From NCBI GenBank assembly GCA_012026655.1, contig JAAILG010000124.1, positions 62,001 to 126,000 of the forward strand: DNA of 64,000 nucleotides, given 5' to 3'. This stretch comes from Hydrolagus affinis. Lineage: Eukaryota. Within the stretch, counting starts at the first letter, position 1. Each line of letters opens with the position of its first letter. Below are positions 1-11,228 of this stretch, one piece after another. The position numbers and the translations under genes are program-made. The notes beneath the pieces were generated by a model. The model did no database searches. It saw only the letters and a list, made by a program, of their open reading frames with translations, and was not told the origin of the DNA.

Positions 1-87
1 TGTAGAACGAAAAATGGGATCAACCAGAAGAACCTTTCTGATGGATTTAGCTCGTAAGAAAGGATTCAGAGTCAATGATGAGCTGAG
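1..87 (+). CDS. DNTT: TdT coding exon 1, 5'-truncated by the window edge (BRCT N-terminal half)
   Basis: Frame from nt 2 reads VERKMGSTRRTFLMDLARKKGFRVNDEL(S), matching the TdT BRCT pattern EKKMGTTRRAFLMELARRKGFRVENELS. Donor AG|gtatgt at 88, phase 2. Confidence 0.96.
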
Positions 88-904
88 GTATGTATCCACT
101 GATTTATTAGTGACTGTACCTTTTATTACTGTATCTCGGATTTAGTATTTACACCAAGGTGGTACTCTAAACAACAAATTATCTTGTGATTTAAATTTTT
201 TTTGCAAATCTAATATAATTCCCAACCCCCACACCACCCCTCCCAAGTAGGAAATAATTTTTCCTTTGGACAGAGAGATGAATGAAGAGAATAATTAAAA
301 CACTTCTGTCCTCTCTAGGAATTGGTAGGTTAATGACAAATTAAATTGAATACCTCAAGAGCCAGTTGTGAATATACTCCACCCTGCCACATATCAACTT
401 GACCCCAAAGAACCTTATCCCCTTCCTTCATAATTCAACGTGAGAACATTGATATTAACATATAAATAAATATACATTAACAAATGAAATTACACACAAA
501 GTACGTAATCAACAGTGAGTAGTTCCACTATTGAATGTTTTTTTAAAATAATTTTAGCAAATACCCAGTTTCATGAAATATTTGTTGATCCCTTGGATTT
601 GTTCTAAAACACTGGTTTAATATCCAAAATGGTAAAAGATGATTATAAATTACTTGAGTATTGTTCTTGCAGTGTATGATGTTTTATGAACCATTTGATT
701 AGATCACAGCTGCTCCGATGGTATCCATTATTCCCTATTCACTCTCCAGTGGTGAATTATAATTTACCATGAAAATTAACTGATTTTATTTCTGCAGATT
801 AAATTTTATTATGTAATACACCATAACATAGTTGAACAATTCTGGAAAATCCCGTTTACCATGTTGCTCTATTCTTTCATAGAAAGTGGCTGATAAAACC
901 ATCA

Positions 905-1325
905 TGTGGTTGTGCCTATTAAGTGCCCATTGGATCTTTTAGATTGCATTACATAAAATTGTATGAATTTGCACACATACAACATGAAAGAAACACTTGC
1001 ATTTATTCGTTTCTTCGCATTTCCTCTGAATAGTTTAGAAATCTTGCCACAATGTTAGTTTTTTTGTGCCAAACATAACCACAGTCATAAGACTAACAGA
1101 GAAATGTTTGAGCCTTCCAGATGTCACAACCCCCAGTGGTAGAGCTGCAGTACATGTGACAGGAAGATGGGGACTTAATAATTGCAAATTATTTTCTGTA
1201 TATAAAACCACAGGAAGAAGACCTATAACATTTTAAACTGTAATGTCACACATGAAGTATTATTTCTAACTGAAATTTTACACAAGAAAGGCAATTATTT
1301 TGCTTACTGTAAATCTTACCATCTG
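905..1325. promoter_or_regulatory. Candidate lymphoid intronic enhancer (RUNX/ETS/E-box cluster)
   Basis: RUNX heptamers TGTGGTT at 905 and AACCACA at 1077 and 1206. ETS CAGGAAG at 1160 and 1211. E-boxes CAGATG at 1118 and CATCTG at 1320. Motif evidence only. Confidence 0.35.
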
Positions 1326-1918
1326 GCATCAACATAATCAAGACATGTATTTGTATTAAATCATGTGAAGCACAATATCAAATGCAAGGATTATTATAAC
1401 AAATGTTTTGGAGGTTTAGCCCGGTGTAAATAATTTGTATGGATTTGGCTACAAATTGTGTCTTGCCATCTTCCCTGTCCTTAATCCAACAATTATTAGT
1501 AACCATTGCTGTCTCTGAGCAAGTCTGACAATATATTATCAAATAATATCACATATAGTGCTGTGTACCTTGTTTACTGGAGAATGCAGTGAAGCTCTGA
1601 ATTGCATTGTACCCGGGATTCTGACAGCATTCAGAGGAACAAGACTTTCAATCCATCAATGTGGCTTGGATTGAAACTTCCATTCAGGAAATAAAATAAT
1701 GGCTATTAATTTTAAACACGGTCAGTCTGATAAAATGCTTCCATTTTCTTCAGTAATAATTTCAGACAAAATTGACCTATATCACACAATGTTGTTTTCC
1801 TTTTAAGAATCACAGGATTACATTTGTTTTTCTGTGCAGTTACATAGGTACAGCTATCGAAGAGCTTTGGGACGTGAAAGGCATTGTTGTTATTGTGGTT
1901 TTGTATTGAAATTGTTGT

Positions 1919-2245
1919 GGAGTCTTGAAGCTCAGTGGTTAGAGCACTCGCCTTACAAGCATGAGACTTGTGTTCGAATCCAGGTAGGTCAGGGCGAAAT
2001 CTTGGGCAAGTTTCCTTACTCCACACATCTAATAATAATCCTTCCAAAAAAACAGAATAATAAAAAAAATTGGTCATTTCAATCCACGACTATTTGTGGG
2101 ACACTGCTGTGTGCAATTGGCTGTCGCATTTCGCCCACAAATATACAGTCAATTCACTTTACAGTGTATTCTGTGAAGCGCTTTGAGATGTCTAGAAGAC
2201 GTGAAAAGTGCTATGTCAAATGCAAGGATTATTATTATTATTATT
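1919..2245 (+). mobile_element. Full-length tRNA-headed Deu-domain SINE
   Basis: A box AGCTCAGTGG and B box GTTCGAATCC. Body ACTATTTGTGGGACACTGCTGTGTGCAATTGGCTG resembles the DeuSINE core. L2-like 3' end and (ATT)n tail. Confidence 0.85.
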
Positions 2246-3748
2246 TATTGTATCCTGAAGTTGCATGAATTCTCTCACTCATTGTTAAGTGGCATCATAT
2301 GGTATGAGGTTCCTATGCGTGTTTGAAATTTTTCTGGTGCTTTGCATATTGATCAATATTGACCATTATTTATATCATACATTCCTCAGCCAATTGGCTG
2401 GATTTTTTATGTGTCCGCATTCCTCACTTTTGCACACTTATGTGAAAGATTTAATTCAACACATCTGCCATTTCTAGCTTGCTGTTGAACTTATTCCTTA
2501 TAGAATCTTACTGGTCTACAACACTCAATTCCCGTGAATTTCTCTTGCCAATAATTTACAACGACAACAAAATTACATTTGTAAAGCGTCTTTCATATCA
2601 GGAGGATGTCTCAAGGTGTTCGAAGTACAATACTTTATCCTATTGCTTTCATATCCCCATTACATATCAGAACCGTTAATTTTGGCCTTAATGTTCATCC
2701 CAGTATCAAATAGTGCTATACCATGATCAATAAAATGTATGTCCAGGTTATTAATTGTTTGAGATAATGTGCTGAATGCTAAATGTAATACATTACCCTG
2801 ATACATATGGTATGATGAAGCAGCAACATGTGCCTACCTACAAATTTAATCACTATACGACATAAATTACAGGATCTGTGCAGGTCTTCGAGATATTTTG
2901 ATGTTATAGAGGCTGTAAAAATTAAAATTCTCTGATAGTACCTCCCTGCAGCTCTTTGCACTTTCAATCCTTTTGGTTGTGCTTGATGTATTCGCTCAGT
3001 TTCTGGGATATTAAAACTGTGAACAATTATCATATGACAATTTCCTGCTGCCTCTCTTTCTTGCCTACAAATCTTGCTATCTACTTGTTAACCCATGGTT
3101 GATTGCAATAACCAGTTATAGTTTTGTGGCCTTTGTTATTAGTACAACACTAGACTGGATTTTGCAGATTTTATTGTGACAATGGAGCAACAACAACATT
3201 TAATTTTTAGAGCGTCTTTCATACAAATTGTTTTTGCATTTATTTTTGACCCCAAAAATATATATACTGCTCACATCTCAGGTACTGTGTAACATCTTAG
3301 GTGCAACATAGCATCATGTTTTTGGAGGTTTAGGCTTAGTGTATAGCCAAGCTATATTACTGTACTTGGTAACTGTACTGACAATGGCTGCAAATTGACA
3401 GCAGCTATTAAGTTTTGTTGCCATAGGGTTGTTCCAGACTTTAGGGATTACTTTCCCCTGATATTATTTGAGAACGTGTCTCAGTGCTTTCAGGAGATGA
3501 CTGATGCATTGTTTCAAGGGGCAAGAAGGTTAATTCATTTCAGAGGGAATGTGACCATACCGCAGAGATTTGGTAATATTGCAAACCCTGAGTGCTAGTA
3601 ATGGTGCTCATACAGGCATCATCAGTCAGTCCAATATTCTGCACTAACCTTAAGAGATGACAAATCAGGAGACCCATCACCATGTTTAAGAGTATCAAAC
3701 TGTGCGAAGCACTCTTTGTCAAACTTTCCTGTGCTTGTCCCACAAGGC

Positions 3749-4053
3749 CAGTGGTTCTCAAACATTTTTTTTCTGCGACCCTAAATCGGCCACCAATCAG
3801 CTCTAACCCTAACCCTAAGGACCTCCAGACTGCACGACTGAAGCGAAGCTCAGCCAAGACGATATCTCTGTCTCTTTTGTGGACTCAGCGCAACTCGCTA
3901 GTACGGTCTTTCGTACAAAATGGTCGGCGGTGTTGCCTTGGCCACTTTTCAGCATTAAAAAAGCATTTTCAGCGTTAAAAAAAGGAAAAATATATATTTC
4001 TGAGGACCCCCGTGACTCTGATTTGGGTCGGGACCGGAGGTTGGGAACCACTG
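3749..4053. mobile_element. hAT (Charlie-like) MITE, 305 bp
   Basis: TIRs CAGTGGTTCTCAAAC / GGTTGGGAACCACTG. 8-bp flanks cacaaggc and ccctaggc match at 6 of 8 positions, consistent with a target-site duplication. Confidence 0.85.
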
Positions 4054-4290
4054 CCCTAGGCCAACCTTACCCCATGTGGCTTGCACAGTTAACAGAAGTT
4101 GAGTGGGTGCAGAAGTCTCTGCCGCTTGAAATTCTACCAACAAGCCTCGCAGTGCTCTGCTGCACATCTCAACATCAAATGCTCCATAATGTATAAAAAG
4201 GATTCTCCAAATCACTGTCAAGTACCCAGACTAACTGGATCACTCTATTTGGTAATTGTCATATTTACGTGTTCACCTGCATTTATAATT

Positions 4291-4390
4291 AGTCAATTCA
4301 CTTTACAGTATATTCTGTGAAGCGCTTTGAGATGTCGAGAAGATGTGAAAAGTGCTATATCAAATGGAAAGATTATTATTATTATTATTG
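4291..4390 (+). mobile_element. Deu-SINE 3' fragment
   Basis: AGTCAATTCACTTTACAGTATATTCTGTGAAGCGCTTTGAGA...GATTATTATT, the same family as 1919-2245. Confidence 0.8.
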
Positions 4391-5373
4391 GTATTATATG
4401 TTTTCCTGTAATTTGAACAGAGTAACCAACTTCAAATCAGGCTTTTGGGGATATAGTTACATGCTGTAACTATGTAACTGTAACAGGAAGCATGGAACAC
4501 TTTGTAGTGGTACAAACCTTTGATTTAGTCAACCCGCCTGTTCAGAGAATTCTCAGGTGCCCTCAGGATTCAGCAGGGTGAAACCAAGGCTTAGGTTAAG
4601 AGAGCAAAAGAAAAACATGATTGACCTGAAAAAACCTTGTTGGTCTCTGTCAAGTATGAAGTTCGTTGCACCACATTCCGAATGGCACCATTCCAATATG
4701 CAGGGAACCGTTTAGTACGTCTCGCAATAAAAGGGTACATCTGAGGCCATGTATCCTGAAAGGAAATGGAAACCAACAATACAGACTGTTACATCTGTTA
4801 TATGATAAGGCATCATATTTTTTCACTATGTAGCTCAATTCTGCCAATTAAATATGAATATACTCACAATTTCTCTAGACTGATGAGTGTTGGTTTAACA
4901 AAGACTAGCAGATCCGATAAATAGAAATTCAAAGCATTGCTGTAAAGTGGCCCAGTAATGGTAATTTGGATTAAATGCAAAGGGACAGCTGGGCAAGTGA
5001 ACGCTGTAAACAAAAATACCCTATTCTGCTTCCTGTCTGATAGTGTTTCATAAAACAACTTAACATTGCTGTATTGCACGGTTAAGCTTGATCCAAATGA
5101 AATGAAATGTAACCTATTTTTTCACCCACATGGTTCATTTTCCAAGTTCGCAATTCAACTCAATCTGCATGCCTGCTGATATTTACAATTGTTTTTGGAG
5201 TTGAATGTTGGCATTTCGAATATACAATTGTAACTTATGTTGTTTGTGGAATTTCACAGGCAATAGCCACAATATTTTTTGCAGCTTTCCACATTTCTTC
5301 TCTTGCTCAACCTTGATAGAATCAGGTCCCTAGTATATTCAACATAAAACTCCAGTGGGTACAGGTTTAGTAA

Positions 5374-5516
5374 CAAAAACCGAGAGAGCTGGGAAAACTC
5401 AGCAGGTCAGGCAGCATCTATGGAGAAAGGAAAGTGATTCAACGTTTCGGGTCCACGACCCTTCGTCAGAACCCAGAACTAGATTTCCAGCATCTGCAGT
5501 ATTTTGTGTTTTGTTC
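5374..5516 (-). mobile_element. Penelope-like element terminal-repeat remnant with a minimal hammerhead core
   Basis: Matches the shark-type repeat CTCAGCAGGTCAGGCAGCATC...AACGTTTCGGGTC...CTTCGTCAGAAC...CCAGCATCTGCAG as I recall it. The minus strand reads CTGACGA-A-GGGTC-GTG-GACCC-GAAAC-GTT. Confidence 0.7.
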
Positions 5517-5670
5517 ATATAGGCTTAGTTATATGATAGCCTCATCAGAAACATTAATTCCAGCAATACTAACCTTCACAATGTACGTCCATAATCTGAA
5601 TAGTCCTTGATTTTGTAGCTCACTGAACACACCACTGATGCAAAGCGTCTCCGTTTTCTCTAAATTATAG

Positions 5671-5845
5671 TGATGCAGTCACACATATTGTGGCAGAAAA
5701 CAACTCTTGGAATGAAATTTGGGACTGGATCCAGACACACAAGCTGTCAAACACGAACACACTTGAGATGTTGGATATCTCCTGGTTCACAGACAGCATG
5801 GGCGCAGGAAAACCTGTGGATATACAGGAAAGACATAGACTGCAG
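5671..5845 (+). CDS. DNTT: TdT exon 2 (BRCT C-terminal half), 175 nt
   Basis: ttatag| acceptor and CAG|gtaact donor. Reads (S)DAVTHIVAENNSWNEIWDWIQTHKLSNTNTLEMLDISWFTDSMGAGKPVDIQERHRLQ, with the THIVAENNS and LDISW motifs. Phase 2 to 0. Confidence 0.97.
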
Positions 5846-7341
5846 GTAACTTTTATTTTCTATAAATAATTTATGTTTGTCTTTGGTGATAAGATTGTAT
5901 CAAGACCCATCATTTTCTTTCAACGCACGAGAAAAGCAAAGTGAATGATGGGTAAACGTTCATTGGCTGTAACACATTTATTGAATGAAACAGGTTTCAG
6001 TTGAACAAAACTGATATTCCATATAATTGAGGTATGTTGATTTCTGAGAAATTAACAGGTATTTGGGATACATTTTTTTTAGATGTTTTTCCCTGTCTAT
6101 TAGGTGAAACATTACAGATTCAAAGGTATTAGTAGACATCATATAAAATAATACCACAATATTTTGTAATGCCAAATTAAAATTATCCACGAAAACAGTA
6201 AGCCCATCTCGAACTGAATAACAAATCCCATTACAATTCCCGAAACATTGATATTTGCTTCAGATGTAAATCATATTGGCACTAAGTGGGTGTGATATAT
6301 GTCTTGTTACGTGAAGGAGTCTCCACTTGCATAATTTTGATTATTTATTGAGAAATATTAAATTAGGAAATACTGCAAGTTAGACAATAGTACCTTATTC
6401 ATAATGCATTGCTGCTAAAAACTGCACTCAGGTTTCCAATCTATATGATAAACTTGTCCAGTTCATGCTGATTATGTGTATTTAAAAATAAAATATTGAA
6501 AATAAAGCAAGGTCCCTCGGGGTTGAATTGGCTCTGAGGAAATCCAGAATCATGCAGGTTGGGGTTGATGCCTACCTGGTATCTCCAGTAACAAGGCTCA
6601 TTTTGGGCAATTTTTATGGAGATTTGCTTTTCTGGTCATGAATATACTCGCTGTACCCACAGCTAGTCTTGCAACCAAAGGATCCAATATGGAATGTAGA
6701 TTTACACATAGAGAGATTCGCAGATAGACATTTCATCTTTATCTATACTCATCTGGGAGGAATCCTGTGGGAGGACAATGTTCTTCAGTTTCATTTAATG
6801 AGCCTTCTCTCTTTTGCCTAGCGTTTTTATTTATCCTTGAAATGTTTGATTTTCGTTTAGGCATCTTTGCAATGAAAAAATCTAAATGTATTATTTATAA
6901 TCACTGGGACGTCCCCTCGACACGAAAGGCGTTTTAAAAATGTAATTTGGTATTGTTGCCATGGTTTAGCTTTGTTTGTTTTCTTTATTTTGTTCCTTGT
7001 CGATTGCCTATCTTCGTGCTCTGTGATACGGGATACCAAAGCGCCAGTCAGCCCTTATGGTCACCAGTTGTAACTGCAACGTAAAACTTAAATAACTCAT
7101 AAACGATTGCAGATACCCGAATATAAATAGGCCCATGTTACTCCCAAGTGCAAGACATTTCTGGTGAGGTATAAATCGTGCCTCTAACTCAGTTATTGAT
7201 ATTCTTCTTGAAGCACGGGCAGACATGGTCATTTTATTGATACAGAAGATAGAAGAAGATCAATGATTGTCTTCAATATTCAAACTACTGTATTTTTATT
7301 TTCTTTTGGCAATATTAATATTTTTATTCAATATCTAGGTG

Positions 7342-7517
7342 CTGCAGAACTCTTGCATCACATTGCTGGACTGTTATCTTGCCTCCTCCATTCCCTCCAC
7401 TGCCCTCCACCCTTCTCTGATCCCAACCCATAGCTCAAGAGCAAACCCCTTACTGCCTTGGGACGTCCGCCCAACGTGAAAGGCGCTCTATAAATGTAAT
7501 TTTGTTATTGTTGTTGT
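7342..7517 (+). mobile_element. L2 LINE 3' end
   Basis: Pyrimidine-rich 3' region, then GGGACGTCCGCCCAACGTGAAAGGCGC and a (TTG)n tail. Confidence 0.8.
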
Positions 7518-7744
7518 AGGGGTTATGAGATTATGTGGCATTAGGTGTGATATAGCATGTGCATACTATTCTGTTCATGAAAACCAATGAAGTAAAGTTG
7601 GATGCCAACCAAGTTGTGGTCAACGGCTGCTTGGTTGAATACTTTCAAGTGATCCTGGATGTCAGTTAATGTTAAATGCACCTGCATTCATCTGAATACC
7701 ATCCTGTCTAACGCCTATAACTACATCTGGGTCTGGTTTGCATT

Positions 7745-8125
7745 CAACAAAAACAACAAAAAATTGCATTTATACAGGTCTTTCACGTTGGGAGGTGACC
7801 CAAGACAATAAATGAGGTGTTTGCTCTTGAGCTATGGGTTGGGATCAGAGAGGGGTGGAGGCAAGGCGAGTGGAGGAGGGAAGATGACCAAAGGCATGGT
7901 CAAAAAAGGTCTTGAGATGGGCCTTGAAGGAGCCAAGGGAGGAGGCGATGTAGAGGGCTCCGGGACGATGTTCGGGTAGAAATGCTGAAAGCCCGACCGC
8001 CAATAGTGGAAAAGGCAGGTCAGGGGACATAGGGAGGGTCAGTGCCTGCAGAGCAAAGGGAGTGGTAAAATTTCAATAGGCCGCAGAGGTGGGGAGGAGT
8101 AAGACCATGGAGGGCATTAAAGTCT
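7745..8125 (-). mobile_element. L2 LINE 3' fragment, tail-to-tail with 7342-7517
   Basis: (AAC)n tail followed by purine-rich L2 antisense sequence, e.g. GGCATGGTCAAAAAAGGTCTTGAG...GCCTTGAAGG. Confidence 0.8.
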
Positions 8126-9714
8126 CTAAATCCATTTTGATGTTAGTCATTTCTAAAGGAAAATAAATGTCAGGTGACTGTTGATTTAGAAATTAGTATA
8201 ATTTGGTGCTGCCAATCCAAAGAGGCACATGGTTAGCTAGAACCAATAATATTGTTACATAGGCATGATACTGGCCAAAGATAATGCATCTATTTTAATC
8301 ATGAAGTGAACAATTTGTCTCAAACAGTAATATATCTGTTTGTTGTGCAACAAGGCAAAGTTTAAGAGCATGAGATAAGTTTGTGGCTCCAATGTACACA
8401 TAAACAAAACCTAGAGGAGGACTAAATCTTCATAATTTTACATTATACAGTTAAGGGATAGAAATAGTGATATGGTAGGGAAAGAGAGAAATGATTAGAG
8501 CGACTCAGAGAAAAGAGAGAGGAAAAAAGAGAAAATCAAATCAAACAGAGAGAGAGGTGAGGCATGAGAAGAGCAGTCTAGCAATGTAATACTATAGTGA
8601 TAGTATAATTCCTAATAAACAATATTTGAATTTGTACTAATTTGTATTTTGGTAAAACAATCAGTATTTGGTCATAGAATCCAATTTTCTGTACTGTTTG
8701 GATCTCTGCAATGGGGTCGGTCTATTAGTATGACTGCAGACAATCAGCTAACTCCAGTAATTTATTTTGTTACTTTCAGAACTGAAAATGCAATGGTATA
8801 TGTAAGAGTAAGATATTTATAGTTGATTAAAATGCATAATTTTGTTTTATTTCTGAAATGGTTCATTGCTTAATAAATGTCAAATTGCAACACTGCAAAT
8901 CATTAACTGAACTGAAAATATGTAAGAGCAAGATAATTCTCCATTACTCCAGACTTCATAACCCATCATTTCAAGGTGAAATGTATGATATTTTTCTATA
9001 TTAAGGTCCTGTTTACAAATGAAGGATGCATTTACACGTCAAACTCTAAATCTAAAGTACAACTGAATACAGTATAGAAAAGCAAAATACATGATAATTT
9101 TCCTGAAATAATTTGTTTTGCTTGTGATGGGGGCAGACTACCATACCTCATTCAAAGCACATTGAATCTGCATTCACTTCACATTGTACTCTAATGATAC
9201 AATTTGAATGTGCTTTTGGGGCCAGGAATGCACTAAGCTGACATTGTGCAAAGCAGACCGAACAGAAGTCATGACTTAGCACATCAGGACCTGAACATAA
9301 TTCCACTCTGCAATCCCATTCCTTGCATTTTGCATTTTAATTTGACATTAATCACTATGTATCATCACTTGCATTCAGCTGTTTACCATGAGTAAATGTA
9401 TTCAAACTTAAACTTGCATAAATCTGCAATGTTTGCCATAAATTTGCTGGCAAGTATTTGTTGGTTAATACTTAATGTGTTGTAAAAATAAAACTCAGCA
9501 GAATATCGTGCTTTGGATCAGCATGGAATAATTTTCAAAAGGATTTTGATTTGGAAGGAGAACCAGCACTAAAACATGGAGATTTGATGCCAGAGAACTT
9601 GACACATAATGAAATGAATCTTTCCTGGAGCAGGAAGCCATAATTATGGCTTAAAGTACTGCCTTTATCCGGTGAAAACTACACGTGTGTATAATTTACA
9701 TAGATAAAAATATG

Positions 9715-9845
9715 GGCCTGGCTCAATTAGTAGCTCTTAAGCTTCTGAGTCAGAAGGTTGTGGGTTCAAATCCCATGTTAGAGCTTTCAACTTAAAGTCT
9801 TGGCTGATACTCCAGTGCTGTGCTTGAGGAACATGGTGTTGTTCA
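9715..9845 (+). mobile_element. Old SacSINE1-like SINE, 5' part
   Basis: GGCTCAATTAGTAGCTC...CTGAGTCAGAAGGTTGTGGGTTCAAATCCCA...GGCTGATACTCCAGTGC resembles the shark DeuSINE head (from memory). Confidence 0.6.
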
Positions 9846-10350
9846 AATAAGGGAATTATAGATAAATGTTTGCTAAGATATTGAGCTACTGTTGATCTTA
9901 TTTATCCACTTTTGCGATCCCTTTTTAAAAAAAATCCCATTATCGCTCTGACACAGTTGGAGTCCTGTGCTCAGTTGGATAAGACCATATGTGCAAATCT
10001 CAGGATTATAGCAGAGAGTAACCTGGCTAGAGCTTGTCTATTCTTGATTGGCTATATTTCAAAATTATTTTTGCTTTCTGCAGGAGCACTTATGTTGCAA
10101 GTTGGCCTTTTAAAATTAACTCTGCCTGTTATCACCAAATGCAGGAAAATATTTGAGCTGTAGAGAAGAGCATTTAAAACCATCTGTAGTCCATTATCAC
10201 TCACCAAAAGGAGCAGAGGCAAGGAGAAATGTTATTTCACAATGCTCCAGGAATAGAGGCATTTTCTTTGTTATTGGAGCACCGCTTCACAAGTTTGTAT
10301 ATAAATACAAAGTGCTTTTTATTATAAAACGTTGCTATTGCTATAAAATA

Positions 10351-10780
10351 TGGGACAATGCTGTGCGCAATTGGCTGCCATGTTTTTCTCACAAATATAC
10401 AGTCAATTCAGTTTACAGTATATTCTTTGAAGCACTTTGAGACATCTAGAAGAAGTGAAAAGAGCTATATAAAATTAAGGATTATTATTTACTATTAAGT
10501 TCCCTTCCATTTAAATAATGCTTTTAGTGAATTATTAGAGGACACATTTAATTCAGGTGGAAATTTTGAAGGCAAATAAATGTGAAAATATGTCCCCATG
10601 GCAAACTGGGTAGTTCATTAGCAGTCCAGCATGTGCTGTGTACAATTGGCTGCTGCAGTTCGCCCACAAATATACAGTCAGTTCACTTTACAGTATATTC
10701 TGTGAAGCGCTTTGAGACGTCGATAAGATGTGCAAAGTGCTATATCAAATGCAAGGATTATTATTATTATTGTTATTATT
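10351..10780 (+). mobile_element. Two Deu-SINE 3' fragments (about 10351-10489 and 10633-10780)
   Basis: Both contain GCTGTG(C/T)(G/A)CAATTGGCTG...CAAATATACAGTC...GCTATAT..AA..AAGGATTATT. Confidence 0.8.
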
Positions 10781-11059
10781 ATGTTCAAAGTATTGTATTG
10801 GAAGCATTTTAGACCTAAGTGAGAACTTATTTCAAGATGGAATGGGAGGTCAAATCATTCAACATCTATTTGTGGGATTGAATATTACCTGAACCAACTC
10901 TCACTTCACGATAAATTGTGGTAGTTGCAACAATCCACAATCTTTATTTGGATAATTAGGCTTTTTTTAAATGAAGATCATGAATGGAAAAAGATAGCAT
11001 GATGGTACACTGTGTCAGGGAGAAGGGTGAATTGCCGAACTCCCTAACTTCAGATGGCC

Positions 11060-11228
11060 AATCTAGGAAAGATTGATAGATTTCTTATGGATAAATGGAT
11101 TAAGGGATATGGGGATTACGCATGCTGGTGGCGTTAGATTAGAAGATCAGACATGATCTAATTGAATGGCGGGGCAGGCTCGAGGAGCCGAATGGCCTAC
11201 TCCTGCTCCTTATTCTTATGTTCTTATG
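11060..11228 (+). mobile_element. CR1 LINE 3' end
   Basis: GCAGGCTCGAGGAGCCGAATGGCCTACTCCTGCTCC followed by a TTCTTATG repeat tail. Confidence 0.8.

Noticed and set aside
5373-5381. Exact RSS nonamer ACAAAAACC
   Set aside because: There is no CAC heptamer at 12- or 23-bp spacing; it lies at the edge of the Penelope-like repeat.
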